Origin: Parcubacteria group bacterium GW2011_GWA2_42_14
GTDB lineage: Bacteria > Patescibacteriota > Minisyncoccia > Sungbacterales > GWA2-42-14
Direction of reading: 5' to 3'
Assembly: GCA_000998135.1 (NCBI GenBank)
Contig: LCCV01000005.1
Span: forward strand, 157 to 64,156
Length of the DNA stretch: 64,000 nucleotides
Shown here: positions 55,471 through 64,000 of the stretch, one piece after another
Numbering within the stretch: position 1 is the first letter of the stretch
How the letters are laid out: each line of letters starts with the position of its first letter
The notes under the pieces: model-generated
Seen by the model: only the letters and a program-made list of their open reading frames with translations
Databases searched by the model: none
Told to the model about the DNA's origin: nothing
Translations under genes and position numbers: made by a program

Positions 55471-57225
55471 TTATTTACTGAATTGCATGGAATAAAGTTT
55501 TTGATACGTCGGGCTTTTTTTAAGCAATTCCTCATGCTTGCCCATTGCTTCCAATTCTCCTCCGCGAAAAACCAAAATCATATCCGCCCCAAGAATAGTA
55601 GAAAGACGATGAGCGACAATAAATGTCGTCCTGTCTTTAATAAGGGCATCAGTTGCTTTAGCAATCAATCGTTCGCTTTCCGTATCCAGATGGCTCGTGG
55701 CTTCATCCAAAATCAAAATAGAAGGGTCGCGAAGGATTGCGCGGGCAATGCCGATTCTCTGGCGTTCTCCTCCGGATAATTTAATTCCCCGTTCTCCGAC
55801 AAGCGTATCATATCCATGTTCCGTATTGACGATAAAATCATGGGATAAAGCTGTTTTGGCCGCCCTAATAACGTCTTCTTTATCAACTTCCCGTTTGCCG
55901 TAAGCGATATTCTCAAAAATCGTCCTGGAAAAAAGGTCAACTTCCTGCGGCACTACGGCAATCTGGCTCAAAAGGCTTTCTCTGGTAACGTTTCTCAAGT
56001 CGTTTCCGTCTATTAAGACCGAGCCGATTTCCGGGTCAAAAGAACGCAATAAAAGATTTACGAAAGTGGTTTTTCCGGAGCCGCTCCTCCCCACCAACGC
56101 CACCGTGCTTCCGGCGGGTATCGTCGCGTTCACGTTGTTCAATGCCCAGCGCCTTTTTTCCGAATAACGGAATGAAACATTTTTGAATTCAACCGAATCC
56201 TTATGCGCTGTCAGATTTTTTGCTCCCGGCCTGTCAACAATCAAAACCGGCTCATCAAGAACGGTAAAAAGCCTTTCCACGCGGGCGGTATTCCTGCGAA
56301 GCCGCGGAAAAACATGGGAAAGCTGGGCCATGGGCGCGTAAGCCATTCCATGCAAGGTAATATAAAGCACGAATTCACCGATACTGCTTTTTCCCCAAAC
56401 CACCAAAAAACCGCCGACAAGTATTATCCCAATCCTTGAAAGCGTGGAAATAAACGTCTGAATATTGCCCATAACACTCCATAATCTTTCGGCGCTGTAC
56501 TGAACCTCGCGAAATTCACGAAGCAGGCGGGATTGGTTTATTGCTTCCTCTTCTTCCTGAAAAAATTTCTTTACCGTAAAAATATTGGCGGCCACGTCAT
56601 AGGATTCTTTGGTTACCGCTTCATATTTGTCGTTGGCCTGTTTTTCAATTTCATAAATCTTCTCGGTAATTCTTTTGACACTCAAGATATATACGGGCAA
56701 GGGCAAAAACACCACTAACGCGATCCACGCGTTTTTATACAAAAGCACTGTCATAACTCCGACAAAAACAATAAGCGGCGGCAAAAGATTATGGCCGAAA
56801 ATATCATGCAGAATAGCGTAAACGGCAGTAGCGCCCCTTTCAAGCCTTCCGATAATCTGGCCGCTGGATGACCCGTGATGGAATAGAACATGAAGCTTCA
56901 CATATTTCTCAAAAACCCTGCGCCGCAAATCATCTTCAATCTGAGTAACATTTTTAAACAGATTATAATCGTATAAAGAACGCATAATACTGCTCATAAG
57001 TGTTGCTACCAGGATGCCCAAGGCGGAAAAAATCAACATTTTTATCGGCGGAACTCCCCCGTCCTTAAAAAATTCAATCAGCTTATCAATAAGCTTTTGG
57101 GAAATAAACGGCACGGTAATATCAAAACCGGAAGAAACCATGACCAGCAAAAACAAAAAACCGACCTCCTTTTTTCTGGCCTTAAGCAATTTTATAACTC
57201 TTATTATTGGGTTTTTTTTAGCCAT
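55471..57225 (-). CDS. ABC transporter, fused permease/ATPase (MsbA-like exporter)
   Basis: Six TM helices in the N-terminal half. Walker A GRSGSGKTT, signature LSGGERQR, Walker B ILILDEATS. Confidence 0.9.
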   Translation of the reverse strand: MAKKNPIIRVIKLLKARKKEVGFLFLLVMVSSGFDITVPFISQKLIDKLIEFFKDGGVPPIKMLIFSALGILVATLMSSIMRSLYDYNLFKNVTQIEDDLRRRVFEKYVKLHVLFHHGSSSGQIIGRLERGATAVYAILHDIFGHNLLPPLIVFVGVMTVLLYKNAWIALVVFLPLPVYILSVKRITEKIYEIEKQANDKYEAVTKESYDVAANIFTVKKFFQEEEEAINQSRLLREFREVQYSAERLWSVMGNIQTFISTLSRIGIILVGGFLVVWGKSSIGEFVLYITLHGMAYAPMAQLSHVFPRLRRNTARVERLFTVLDEPVLIVDRPGAKNLTAHKDSVEFKNVSFRYSEKRRWALNNVNATIPAGSTVALVGRSGSGKTTFVNLLLRSFDPEIGSVLIDGNDLRNVTRESLLSQIAVVPQEVDLFSRTIFENIAYGKREVDKEDVIRAAKTALSHDFIVNTEHGYDTLVGERGIKLSGGERQRIGIARAILRDPSILILDEATSHLDTESERLIAKATDALIKDRTTFIVAHRLSTILGADMILVFRGGELEAMGKHEELLKKSPTYQKLYSMQFSK

Positions 57226-57315
57226 ACGCCTTTTAACTAAAAACTGTAAAAGTACTTGCTATTTTATATTTGCACTAATCGGCGAACTTGTCAATACTTT
57301 ATATTTATGTTATAT

Positions 57316-58231
57316 TAATAACTACTTGCGCTTGATAAACGCGCTGGTAAGAACTTTGAAAATTCAAACTTTCAGCATTATCGCGGGAAGCGAGGCCTGC
57401 AATGCCCGTTGTCCTTTCTGTATTTCCAAAATGACTCCTGCTTTGAGCGTTGAACTATCTGAACCCAAAGTTAACTGGAAAAAATTCAAGACCGCCTGCC
57501 GCGTTGCTAAAAATTACGGGACTCATACCGCCATGTTTACCGGCAAAGGAGAACCGACGCTATTCCCCAAACAAATAACAAAATTTCTTGATGAAATGGC
57601 GGAATTTAATTTCGCGCCGATTGAACTCCAAACCAACGGAATTTTGATTGCGGAAAAACCGGAAATTTATTCCTCCCACCTTAAAGAATGGTATGCTCGC
57701 GGCCTGACCACCATTGCCATATCAATAACGCACTACGAACCGGGAAAAAACCGGAAAGTTTACCTGCCGCATAAAAAACAATACATTGACCTGCCCGCCT
57801 TGATTAAAACGCTTCACGAACATGAATTTTCGGTACGCCTTACCTGCATCCTTGCCAATGATTTCATTGACAGCAAAGAAAAAATTGAAAACCTCATGGC
57901 TTTCGCCAAAGAAAACGAGGTTGAACAGCTGACCTTAACACCGGTAAACAAGCCCGAAGAAAGCGAAAATTACGCGGTATGGAATTGGACCAACCAGCAC
58001 CACCTTTCCGAAAAGCAGAAAAAAGAAATTTTTGATTATATCGAAGAAAACGGCAACCGCGTACTGCGTCTTTCACACGGAGCAATTGTTTTTGACGTTA
58101 AAGGCCAAAATGTCTGCCTTAATAACTGCCTTTCTGTAAATCCGAATTCCGAAGAATTGCGAAACTTAATTTTCTTTCCGGACGGCCATCTGCGATATTA
58201 CTGGCAATATCCGGGAGCAATAATTATGTAA
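57316..58231 (+). CDS. Radical SAM protein (function unknown); start uncertain, probably non-ATG
   Basis: CNARCPFC (CxxxCxxC) near the N-terminus. The ORF-track start at 57014 overlaps the ABC transporter and is rejected. Confidence 0.55.
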
Positions 58232-58270
58232 CATTGAATTACGAAATACAATTTCAGAAGATATCAGCGT

Positions 58271-58300
58271 TCTAAATTAAAAAAGGCCGAGTAATCGGCC
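58271..58300. terminator. Bidirectional terminator between convergent genes
   Basis: aaaaaGGCCGAgtaaTCGGCCgattttttt. Confidence 0.65.
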
Positions 58301-58307
58301 GATTTTT

Positions 58308-59312
58308 TTATTCTTCGCCTTTTTCTAATTCAACGGGCAACATACATTCTTCCGGTCTCTTGTCTTCGCGAGGCCGCATGAACACGGGATGGCGAAGCGA
58401 GCCCGACGCAAAACGCTCTTCAAATTTTACCTGAACAACAAGCGGATAATTTTTTCGAGTAAAATCTTCTCGCTCATCATCGGTAAATCCGATACCCACC
58501 TCGCCGCAATTAATTTCTTTTTCGGTTTTGGAATCAATCTGCAAAAGATAAAGCTTGCCCATACGGTTCTTATTCTTTCCGCTTCCTTTTTCCCATTTCC
58601 TCACAATAAAATCATCTTCCTTAAACGGCTTCCATTTCCAGCATCCTTCAGGACGAGGCGGCTGATTGGATTTTCCGTCAAGGCGGAAAGCCGACGGCTT
58701 TGTCTTGTCATACAAAACCAAACCTTCCCATTTCTTTTCCTTAACAAGATTTTTTGCTTTTTCAAATGAACATCCGAGAATTTCCACCGGCTGTATATAA
58801 TAAGTCCTGAAATCAAGCTTGGCAAATAAATTCTTAATCAAATCAAAACGTTTCTGGTGGGTTTCTAAAGATACAACTTTCCCGCCAAAAACCACAACCC
58901 CAAAAACCATAGCAACCGCAAATCCGATTTCTTCCTGAAGTTTAACTGCCGCCGAATTGCCCGATTTGGCAATTCTTGTAAATTTCTCAAATTCATCCTT
59001 ACCGCAGTTGTCAAAAAGCATCTCTACGCACAAAAGAAACGGAGAAGGAATTTCCATTAAAGAAATTTCCTGAACTATATGGGGGTATTTTGCCGTAACA
59101 TCTTTAATGCCGCGAGTATAAATTTTTATTGAAGAATTTCGCCCCGCAATAAGATGGCAATAGCCGTTGCGCTTCCTCGTGACAATAAGGTTTCCGGATG
59201 TTTCCAGATTTAAAACCTTGGATTCCTCAACACTATTTTTCGGCTTAGCCGGAACAAAATTCGGGTCAAGAGGGGCAAGCGAAAATGGCAAACCAGAAGC
59301 TTTTTCGGACAA
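58308..59312 (-). CDS. ATP-dependent DNA ligase / nucleotidyltransferase-superfamily-like protein
   Basis: Motif-I-like TRKRNGYC (K-x-N-G rather than K-x-D-G), EGLVLYD motif IV, CWKWKP motif V, and a C-terminal OB-like region. Confidence 0.45.
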   Translation of the reverse strand: MSEKASGLPFSLAPLDPNFVPAKPKNSVEESKVLNLETSGNLIVTRKRNGYCHLIAGRNSSIKIYTRGIKDVTAKYPHIVQEISLMEIPSPFLLCVEMLFDNCGKDEFEKFTRIAKSGNSAAVKLQEEIGFAVAMVFGVVVFGGKVVSLETHQKRFDLIKNLFAKLDFRTYYIQPVEILGCSFEKAKNLVKEKKWEGLVLYDKTKPSAFRLDGKSNQPPRPEGCWKWKPFKEDDFIVRKWEKGSGKNKNRMGKLYLLQIDSKTEKEINCGEVGIGFTDDEREDFTRKNYPLVVQVKFEERFASGSLRHPVFMRPREDKRPEECMLPVELEKGEE

Positions 59313-59461
59313 TTATCCTCTCCTTTTTTCAATTTTCAAAAATCAAAAAACTTTCCCTAATTATACTCTTAAAATCACAAAAGTCAAGTTTTGTTTGCGT
59401 CTGACACAATAGTATGCTATAAAATTAAAACAGTCCTCTGACAAATCACGGATAAATAATA

Positions 59462-60634
59462 ATGCAAATCGTTTATACAGGAGAGCCGTTTCCGGAAAAA
59501 ACCGTAAAATCAATTTTTCTGGCCGGACCCACTCCAAGAACCCCTGATGTTAAATCATGGAGGCCGGAAGCCCTTGAAATACTTAAAAAACTTGATTATA
59601 ACGGACATGTGTTTGACCCCGAATACAAAGAAGGTCCGCGGGAAGTTAAAGAATACGAATATGAAGGACAAACTGATTGGGAAACAAAAGGGCTGAATCA
59701 GGCCGATATTATTGTTTTTTGGGTACCAAGAAATCTTGAAACCATGCCTGCTTTTACCACCAACGTTGAATGGGGCACTTGGGCTGACTCCGGAAAAGTT
59801 GTTTTCGGCGCGCCCCCCGAAGCTCCAAAAAATAAATACCTGAAACTCATGGCCGAAAAATATTCTGTTCCGCAGTTTGAGACCCTTGAGGAAACCCTTG
59901 CCTGTGCCGTTAATTATCTTGGCAAAGGAGCGGAAAGAACCGGCGGAGAATGCAAAGTTCCGCTTTATATTTGGGAAACAGAGTCATTTCAGGCGTGGTA
60001 TAAAAATCTTCTTAAAGCAGGCAATCAACTGAAAGACGCAGGGGTTTTATGGACTGACAGGCGCGGCCCCAAAAAAGATTCTATTTTTGCCTGGGGCATG
60101 GAAGCTAAAATTTATATTGCCTCTGAAAATCGGTACAAAACCAATGACATCGTTATAACTCGCCGCGATATTTCTTCGGCAGTTCTCTGGAAAAAAGACA
60201 GATTTAACCTGCTGAATTCAGGAATTGTTCTAGTAAAAGAATTCCGTTCTCCCGGAAGGACTTCTGACGGTTTTATTCACGAATTGCCTGGAGGTTCCGC
60301 GTTCAAAAATAACGTTGAACCGATAATTCTTGCCGCCGAAGAAATATTTGAAGAAACCGGGCTTCATTTTGAACCGAGCCGCTTAAAACCCCATGGCTCG
60401 CGGCAACTCACCGGAACTTTTTCAACGCATCACGCGCATTTGTTTTCCATAAATCTGACCGAACTGGAACTTGCATGGTATAAAAAACTGGTTGAACTCA
60501 AAGAACCCCTCGGCAACCAAAACGATTCCGAAAGAACTTATATAGAAGTAAAAACCTTGAAAGAAATTTTATCGGAAAAACTCGCTGACTGGTCAACTCT
60601 CGGCATGATTATGCAGGTTATTTCGGAAAATTAA
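59462..60634 (+). CDS. Fusion protein: nucleoside 2-deoxyribosyltransferase-like Rossmann domain plus C-terminal NUDIX domain
   Basis: N-terminal IFLAGPTPR ... VFWVP (NDT/LOG-like). C-terminal Nudix-box-like ELPGG ... EPIILAAEEIFEETGL. Confidence 0.55.
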   Translation: MQIVYTGEPFPEKTVKSIFLAGPTPRTPDVKSWRPEALEILKKLDYNGHVFDPEYKEGPREVKEYEYEGQTDWETKGLNQADIIVFWVPRNLETMPAFTTNVEWGTWADSGKVVFGAPPEAPKNKYLKLMAEKYSVPQFETLEETLACAVNYLGKGAERTGGECKVPLYIWETESFQAWYKNLLKAGNQLKDAGVLWTDRRGPKKDSIFAWGMEAKIYIASENRYKTNDIVITRRDISSAVLWKKDRFNLLNSGIVLVKEFRSPGRTSDGFIHELPGGSAFKNNVEPIILAAEEIFEETGLHFEPSRLKPHGSRQLTGTFSTHHAHLFSINLTELELAWYKKLVELKEPLGNQNDSERTYIEVKTLKEILSEKLADWSTLGMIMQVISEN

Positions 60635-60663
60635 AAAGGTCTGAACATTTCAGACCTTATTTT

Positions 60664-61665
60664 TTATTCAAAAAGCGAGCTTACCGACTGATTTTTGTGG
60701 ATTCTGAAAATTGCTTCGCCCAGAAGTCCGGCAACGGAAACAATTCTTAATTTTCCGGTTTTAGATGAAACGGCGGAAGGAAGATGAATTGAATCAGTAA
60801 CAAACAAAAATTTAATCGGAGAATTTTCTACGCGCTCCAGGGCATCGCCGGAAAAAACTCCGTGCGCGGCCAGCGCAAAAATATTCCTTGCGCCGCGGTC
60901 CCTAAGCGCTTCGGCGGCATTAGAGGTAGTTTTGGCGCTATCAATCATGTCATCAACAATCAGCGCGTCTTTACCGCCAACATCGCCCACCACATTCAAA
61001 ACCCGCGCCTCTCCCGGATTCGGCCTTGTCTTTTCTATGACCGCAATCCCTTCAGCTTCAAGATTTTTCGCGTAAGCTCTGGCAAGCCGGCCGGCATGAA
61101 TATCGGGCGCAACAATTACCAAAGGATTTGACGAACACCACTCGCTTTGACGCGCCTCAAGATATTTCACAAAAACAGGACGGACCCAAAGATGGTCGGA
61201 TGAAACATTCAAAGCGGCAAAAGCGCCGACAACAACGTTTGAATGCGCGTCAAGAAGAACCACCCTATCAACTCCCGATGCCCAAAGAAGGCGCGCGATA
61301 ACCGAAACCGTGACCGGAGCGCGCGACTTATCTTTCCAATCCTGACGCGAATAACCAAGATACGGAATAACAGCCGTAATACGTTCGGCCGAAGCCAGAC
61401 GCGCGGTATGAATCATCATCTCAAGTTCCCACAAATGAGTATCCGGCTGATTCGTCGGTTGAACTATAAATACGTCTTTTCCGCGAATATTTTCTCCGTA
61501 TCTTACGTAAATCTCGCCGTCATTAAAATTTCTTCGGTCATCCAAGACACCTAAAACAGTTTTCCTCTCAAATGTATCGTGCCATATCTTATCTTCAACA
61601 TAGGCGGCAATCGCTTTTGCCAACGGTTCATTTGCTCTTCCGGCAAAAATTTTGATGTCACTCAT
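60664..61665 (-). CDS. prs: Ribose-phosphate pyrophosphokinase
   Basis: Typical Prs N-terminus IKIFAGRANEPLAKAIA and PRPP-binding ALIVDDMIDSAKT. Confidence 0.85.
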   Translation of the reverse strand: MSDIKIFAGRANEPLAKAIAAYVEDKIWHDTFERKTVLGVLDDRRNFNDGEIYVRYGENIRGKDVFIVQPTNQPDTHLWELEMMIHTARLASAERITAVIPYLGYSRQDWKDKSRAPVTVSVIARLLWASGVDRVVLLDAHSNVVVGAFAALNVSSDHLWVRPVFVKYLEARQSEWCSSNPLVIVAPDIHAGRLARAYAKNLEAEGIAVIEKTRPNPGEARVLNVVGDVGGKDALIVDDMIDSAKTTSNAAEALRDRGARNIFALAAHGVFSGDALERVENSPIKFLFVTDSIHLPSAVSSKTGKLRIVSVAGLLGEAIFRIHKNQSVSSLFE

Positions 61666-61666
61666 C

Positions 61667-63118
61667 TTAACCCTCCTTGGGTTCTTTAAGTCCGACAGGA
61701 ATTGCTATATTGGAATATTCATTTTCATCTTTATTCATAAAACCGCTTAACATCTCAATAGCAGTTTTAAGACCGCGCCCGATATAAACCGGATAATTAT
61801 ACAAATCGCGAAAGCGTTTTAACTGCCGCATTACGAATTCGCGCTGTTTTTGCATGGAGGGAACGGGAACAGCGCTACCGTTAATCCAAAAATCGCAAAG
61901 AAGCGGCTCGGAAGCATAAGCGTTTGCCCACGGACAAGAAAAATCAAAATCATCAGTTGTAATCATATCACCGATAAAATAGCCGTCCTTATCGCTATAG
62001 CGCCAAACCTGAAGTTTTCCCGGAAGAGTCGCTTTTGACATGGAAGAACATTTCAAAGTCGGGTGTCCTCCGATAAGACATTCCTTAAAAATGACTCCGG
62101 CCACATTTTCAACTTCGGACAAAATTTTCGTGCCGACCCCGAATCCATACGATTTGGGGTGCATGCGCACGACTTCCGAAATTGATTCTTTATCATGGTC
62201 TCCGCTCGTAATAATTTTTACGTCTGAAAAATCGTTAGCGTCAAGAATAGACTGCACATAAACGCTCCAATCGCCAAGCGGCTTAGTATCAATGCGGCAC
62301 GCTTTAAAGGCGACCCTGCGAATAGAACTGCTTTTGGCGGCCGCAATGGCATGAATAATTCCCAGAGGAACTGAAATAGTATCAAGCAAAAGCGTTGTGC
62401 CGTTGGGATGAGCGTCAAGCCACCGTTCAAAACAAATCTGCTCAAAATGTTTTTGGCGGCCGGTAACGGAATCAATTTCCTGAACACCAATAAAAGACTG
62501 TACAAGATAATGGGCCATGGTGCCTACCGGAAACTGGTCAAGCAGAAATCCCGCTTCCATGTTAGAAGTATCATTAAATCCTCCGATATAGGCATAACGG
62601 GCAACATCAACCGCTCTGTCAACTTCTCCGTTTCTCCTCAAAGAAAAATCAGTCAGCCATCTGTCCCCGGCGGCAAGACGCATTTCAAGGGCGCGGGAGG
62701 CAACAGTCATGGGAATATCAAAAGCATGCTCAAATTTAACTTCGCTAAGCTGGGCCAGGGCAAACGGGCCGGTAATATCGGCAAACGGCTCTCTCGGAAA
62801 CATTATGGTTCCGGGTTTTACCGCGCGCACAATGCCTTCAAAACGGGTATTCTCAAGAAGCTCGGCAACACGCTCAAGCCCGGCCCGGTCATTTTTAAGA
62901 AAACGGATGCGCGGGGCATCAATGCCAATATGCGTCAAATACTCAACCAAACGTTCATGGCCCACGCAGGGAGCAAAAGGCAGTTTCCTGAATGCCGAAT
63001 AAAATGTGGCTTCAACATCTGCAAGATTAACGCCTTCACCCAAATCCGCATAGCCGGACAAAGCAAAATTTCCCATAGTCATGTGGTAGCGGTCTGCCTG
63101 AAACATGGATTTAGGCAT
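61667..63118 (-). CDS. pncB: Nicotinate phosphoribosyltransferase (NAPRTase family, long YueK-like form)
   Basis: QADRYHMTMGNFAL N-terminal motif and GTMAHYLVQSF. Lies 1 nt downstream of prs. Confidence 0.8.
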   Translation of the reverse strand: MPKSMFQADRYHMTMGNFALSGYADLGEGVNLADVEATFYSAFRKLPFAPCVGHERLVEYLTHIGIDAPRIRFLKNDRAGLERVAELLENTRFEGIVRAVKPGTIMFPREPFADITGPFALAQLSEVKFEHAFDIPMTVASRALEMRLAAGDRWLTDFSLRRNGEVDRAVDVARYAYIGGFNDTSNMEAGFLLDQFPVGTMAHYLVQSFIGVQEIDSVTGRQKHFEQICFERWLDAHPNGTTLLLDTISVPLGIIHAIAAAKSSSIRRVAFKACRIDTKPLGDWSVYVQSILDANDFSDVKIITSGDHDKESISEVVRMHPKSYGFGVGTKILSEVENVAGVIFKECLIGGHPTLKCSSMSKATLPGKLQVWRYSDKDGYFIGDMITTDDFDFSCPWANAYASEPLLCDFWINGSAVPVPSMQKQREFVMRQLKRFRDLYNYPVYIGRGLKTAIEMLSGFMNKDENEYSNIAIPVGLKEPKEG

Positions 63119-63274
63119 TGTTTTTCTCCATTATTATTGATATTTCAACGAACAAAATCTTTTGAAATTATATCAAAATATTTCCTAAAAGTCAAATGTT
63201 TGACTGGCGACTTCAAGAAACTAACACAACGATTCCGGTATCAATTATTATCCAGGAAAAACTGGTAAAAAATT

Positions 63275-63318
63275 TATCTTAACAATTGTTGGCCGATTGT
63301 TCAACAATTGTTAAGATA
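63275..63318. promoter_or_regulatory. 16-bp perfect inverted repeat TATCTTAACAATTGTT / AACAATTGTTAAGATA with a 12-nt spacer, upstream of pncB
   Basis: Read directly from the sequence. Confidence 0.7.
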
Positions 63319-63344
63319 AACTAAAATTGAATTTAATATCTAGC

Positions 63345-63382
63345 GAAGTCCGACTTCACTAAATTTAGTGAAGTCGGACTTC
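63345..63382. promoter_or_regulatory. 38-bp perfect palindrome GAAGTCCGACTTCACTAAA / TTTAGTGAAGTCGGACTTC
   Basis: Read directly from the sequence. No trailing T-tract on either strand. Confidence 0.7.
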
Positions 63383-63394
63383 AATAATTGATTA

Positions 63395-63422
63395 AAAAGA
63401 AAAAGCGTAAAATTTTTACGCT
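63395..63422 (-). terminator. Rho-independent terminator of pncA
   Basis: Minus-strand sense AGCGTAAAAattTTTTACGCT followed by TTTTCTTTTT. Confidence 0.6.
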
Positions 63423-63451
63423 TACTAAACTATTACTTCTGTTGCATTAAC

Positions 63452-63991
63452 TTATTCATAGGGAGGAGTATAAAAACCCAAAATAATGTCGGTAGTGGTA
63501 AATTTTGCTCCTGCCTGTTTCATTTCGCTTATGGCGCGTTCACAATCCCCGGGATTAATTTCAACCCCACGAATAGCATCTTCAATAACCGTAACTTCAA
63601 AGCCAAGCCGCAAGGCGTCAAGAACTGTTTCCTTAACACAATAGTCGGTGGCAAGGCCGCCGATATATAATTTCTGAAAACCATTTTTCCTTAAAAACTC
63701 GTCCACTGAAAATCTAAGAAAACGTCCATTATTATCAAGAAAACCCTGAAAGGCTGAATACGCATCTTCATTTTTTTCCGTGCCCTTGGAAATGACTATA
63801 ACATTACTTGGCAACAGCAAATTCGGATGAAATTTTGCTCCCCAAGTGTTGTGAACGCAATGAACCGGCCATTTTCCGCCATAGGCATTAAAGTGGCTGG
63901 TAACAGGGGGATGCCAGTCGCGAGACGCAACAACCAACATTTGGACATCTTTCGCGAGTTGAATCATATTATTTAGCGGCTGAACCACCAT
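63452..63991 (-). CDS. pncA: Nicotinamidase / isochorismatase-family hydrolase; the N-terminus may extend beyond the window end
   Basis: DWHP ... HCV ... GGLATDYCV catalytic cysteine context. Confidence 0.8.
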   Translation of the reverse strand: MVVQPLNNMIQLAKDVQMLVVASRDWHPPVTSHFNAYGGKWPVHCVHNTWGAKFHPNLLLPSNVIVISKGTEKNEDAYSAFQGFLDNNGRFLRFSVDEFLRKNGFQKLYIGGLATDYCVKETVLDALRLGFEVTVIEDAIRGVEINPGDCERAISEMKQAGAKFTTTDIILGFYTPPYE

Positions 63992-64000
63992 ATCCCCATC

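Noticed and set aside
57014-57315. N-terminal 100 aa of the ORF-track radical SAM gene
   Set aside because: It overlaps the 3' 210 nt of the convergently placed ABC transporter gene's start region and has no Met before the CxxxCxxC motif. The real start is likely a non-ATG codon near 57316.
60664-63118. Phage NARP1-like NAD reconstitution pair (Adps plus Namat) interpretation of prs-pncB
   Set aside because: Composition is native, the nicotinamidase pncA is adjacent, the Prs N-terminus is canonical and the surrounding genes are chromosomal. Housekeeping salvage is more parsimonious. It is mentioned only as an alternative in the findings.

Overview
The window is a low-GC (roughly 38-40%) bacterial chromosomal segment with tightly packed, mostly minus-strand genes. 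The gene content fits a reduced-genome Patescibacteria/CPR-like organism (inference): short DnaX, SecA, two GT39/ArnT-like membrane glycosyltransferases, many NUDIX genes and heavy NAD salvage. The window splits into three parts. (1) 1-16.5 kb is an accessory/defence island. It holds a four-gene operon centred on a GHKL (Bergerat-fold) ATPase with three partners of unknown function, which is the best candidate for an undescribed system. Next comes a Dcm-type m5C methyltransferase with Vsr and a PD-(D/E)xK nuclease. Then a higher-GC mobile module: a ParB-domain N6/N4 methyltransferase, an HTH protein and a large serine recombinase. After that come a 1380-aa P-loop NTPase, and a Fic gene flanked by about 55-bp direct repeats next to tRNA-Gln. 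(2) 16.5-47.7 kb is core-like: DnaX, a VirB4/FtsK-like ATPase, glycosyltransferases, SecA, HPF and MurB. Interleaved with these are a 3.5-kb gene block punctuated by three long palindromes sharing an ATATTCTTAAGAATAT core around an ArsR gene, a HicAB pair, NYN and PRTase genes, and a kinase/PP-loop fusion. A 20-nt element that is literally the 3' end of secA (encoding KRCHG-stop) recurs four times. At one copy a roughly 60% GC mini-cassette has replaced the expected gene. The cassette carries a consensus sigma70 promoter, a canonical Shine-Dalgarno and a 70-aa acidic ORF, and is a clear compositional outlier. (3) 48-64 kb is NAD-centred. An LhgO-like FAD oxidase sits in the NadB position ahead of nadA-nadC. 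Twin consensus promoters with an identical 19-nt initial transcribed region drive that operon and an ADP-ribosylglycohydrolase gene. NadK, an NDT-like::NUDIX fusion, Prs-PncB-PncA and strong palindromes upstream of pncB follow. No CRISPR array or rRNA was seen. All calls rest on motif recognition by eye; no database searches were run.
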